The position numbers and the translations under genes were made by a program. The notes below the pieces were generated by a model. It did not search any database. It had not been told where the DNA came from and saw nothing but the letters and a program-made list of their open reading frames with translations. DNA of 64,000 nucleotides from Macrostomum hystrix (Eukaryota; Animalia; Platyhelminthes), in assembly GCA_950097015.1 (NCBI GenBank), contig CATNEN010000002.1, positions 4,464,001-4,528,000 of the forward strand. Reading direction: 5' to 3'. Below are positions 62,296 through 64,000 of this stretch, one piece after another; positions within the stretch are counted from its first letter, which is position 1, and the number at the start of each line of letters is the position of its first letter.

Positions 62296-62722
62296 AAATA
62301 TTGTTCTCACTTTTAAGTCTCATTCTAAAGCAAGGCCAAAAATAATATAAAATAACATAGGTGTCGCGAACACCAAGATCCAAACACAGAAAATTCAAAA
62401 CGCACCACCATTGCATTGCCAAGCAAAGCAAGTTACTTTTAAAAATGATCGGAAAAAAGCAAAAGCAACAGAAAACCTGATTATGGTTTATGAAATAAAA
62501 AATATACAAATAAAATAACAGATGAATAAAATGTCAATAAATATGAATAAAATATGATTTTACACAGCCATTTTTATCACAAAAGAGCTATAGTACAGAG
62601 TGTACAAATGTGGTAATAAAAGTACATTTATTGCAAACAAAAGTACATCTAGCGATTTCCAACTTATGTAAAATACTTGCATCCCAGCAGCTGTGCCGTG
62701 ACATCAGGATCATCTAAGCTGG

Positions 62723-63244
62723 TCAAACTTCCTCCTTGTGCGAAGTCAGCCTTGTGGCAGCCTGGCTTGGCAACAGCGGCAGTCGAGCCCTTGAAGATCT
62801 GCCCAGCACGCCAGCCGGCGAAGGCGACGGCGATTCTAGGCGACCGCGCGACAGTCGCGATCCGCCAAAGCCGCCGCTGGAGGATGATGGACGCAGGGTG
62901 TCAAACAGACTAGGCGCCGACACTCCAGACGATCGCCTGGTGGACAGAAGCCGGTCTCGCCGATCGCCGATTGGCAGGCCGGCCTGCAGTCTGGCGTTGT
63001 CCTGCAGCGAGAACACCGACGGAAATGGAGTCTCCTGCGGTGTTGGCAAACGCGACGTCGACGACATGACGGGAAAGTACACCGGCTCCCTGGGACCGCC
63101 GTAGGAGCTGGTGCAGCCGCTGCTAGTCATGGAGATGCCGGGCAGTATGGCCCGGTGTCCAGTTCGACTATTTTCTCCAGCCAATAGCAATGAAGCGCTT
63201 TGAACTAGCTCGCGCCTGATTAGTTGCGGATGAGGGAATTCCAA
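62723..63244 (-). CDS. Ser/Arg/Pro-rich ORF or exon, no recognisable domain
   Basis: GC-rich 173-codon ORF. The coding strand and frame are uncertain because overlapping + strand ORFs also exist. Confidence 0.3.
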   Translation of the reverse strand: MEFPHPQLIRRELVQSASLLLAGENSRTGHRAILPGISMTSSGCTSSYGGPREPVYFPVMSSTSRLPTPQETPFPSVFSLQDNARLQAGLPIGDRRDRLLSTRRSSGVSAPSLFDTLRPSSSSGGFGGSRLSRGRLESPSPSPAGVLGRSSRARLPLLPSQAATRLTSHKEEV

Positions 63245-63809
63245 ATTTTTGAGTGGGTGGTTTTCTTTGCTATTTTTAGAAACACACTCCTTCCTATGCG
63301 TATTTAATTGACCAAATTATATTAAAAAATGAAAATACCGATTTACTATGGATATACTCGCTCGCACCGGCGGGACACAACGCCTGTGAGGTATTTGTCA
63401 GTCCAGGCCCACGGGCTAAGGTCTGCGATGCCTCACACCTGCAGTCGCTTTTTGTGCAGGCTTGGCAGGAAGGAGCCCTGTGCCTCGGGTGCAGGAATCC
63501 CTCCACGCTGTTACGTCAGCTGACCCATGGGTACACGTCCCGAGAGTGTTCAAGGCTGACCCTAGGGCAGCCGGACAGAATGGGCAGCAGCGCTGGATGG
63601 CCAAATTGGGTACCTCTAGCCCTGGCTGGAGGGAAAGATGTCACCCTTTGTCCTCAACAGGGTATGCGGCCAGTCCGCAGCTTTCGTGCACCTGTGCGTG
63701 ATCAGGTACCTCTGGCTACGGCTCTGAGGGAAGGGTGTCACCCTTTGACCTTAACAGGGTATGCGGCCAGTCCGCAGCGTTCGTGCACCTGTGCGTGATC
63801 AGGTACCTC

Positions 63810-64000
63810 TTACCTCTTACCAGCCGCTTAGGCTTTACGGTAAGTAAATTTCCTTCTGTAAGCAAACCAAATGCCTAGGGATCACCCTGGACCATAGGCT
63901 GAACTGGTCTCCCCATGTTCAAACCAAAACCAAGAGGGCCCTCGCGATCCTCGCGCAGCTGCGAAGGGCAGTTGGCACCACCTGGGGGCTCACCCCCAAG
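63810..64000 (+). mobile_element. Non-LTR retrotransposon (R1/LOA/I-like) RT C-terminal fragment, runs off the window
   Basis: PLRLYGK*ISFCKQTKCLGITLDHRLNWSPHVQTKTKRALAILAQLRRAVGTTWGLTPK matches the KYLG..LD.KL.W..H....WGL.P thumb motif of LINE RTs. Contains an in-frame stop. Confidence 0.8.

Overview
This is eukaryotic, spliceosomal (GT-AG) genomic DNA from an invertebrate animal. The minisatellite-filled introns, poly-Gln/Ala exons and SINE load suggest a free-living flatworm such as Macrostomum, but that is inference, not shown by the sequence. (1) 1.6-16.6 kb holds a tandem cluster of secreted PAN/apple-like + fibrinogen-related-domain (FReD) genes: three intact 3-exon genes, one pseudogene, one orphan chimeric last exon and one displaced in-frame C-terminal cassette. 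Paralogues are patchworks of near-identical and divergent blocks, with breakpoints in the FReD C-terminal (ligand/Ca-binding) region. (2) 17.8-21.9 kb (-) is a 4-exon, 522-aa gene with an N-myristoylation-type start and repeats of an uncharacterised 'GW...D.LFF' module. (3) 23.6-31.4 kb (-) is a 9-exon, ~1012-aa secreted protein with one Hedgehog-N (Hedge)-like unit and two peptidase-M15-like units, degenerate Zn ligands and no Hint domain. (4) 37.2-53.2 kb (-) is a 6-exon, ~800-aa single-pass membrane protein with a tiny ectodomain and a disordered Tyr/Pro-motif tail, resembling a transmembrane adaptor. The rest is two tRNA-derived SINE families, a hAT MITE carrying a 16-bp minisatellite, Tc1 and LINE fragments, and about 20 mini/microsatellite arrays that account for most long repetitive ORFs in the track. 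Gene models were assembled by hand from splice signals and codon phase; repeat boundaries are approximate.
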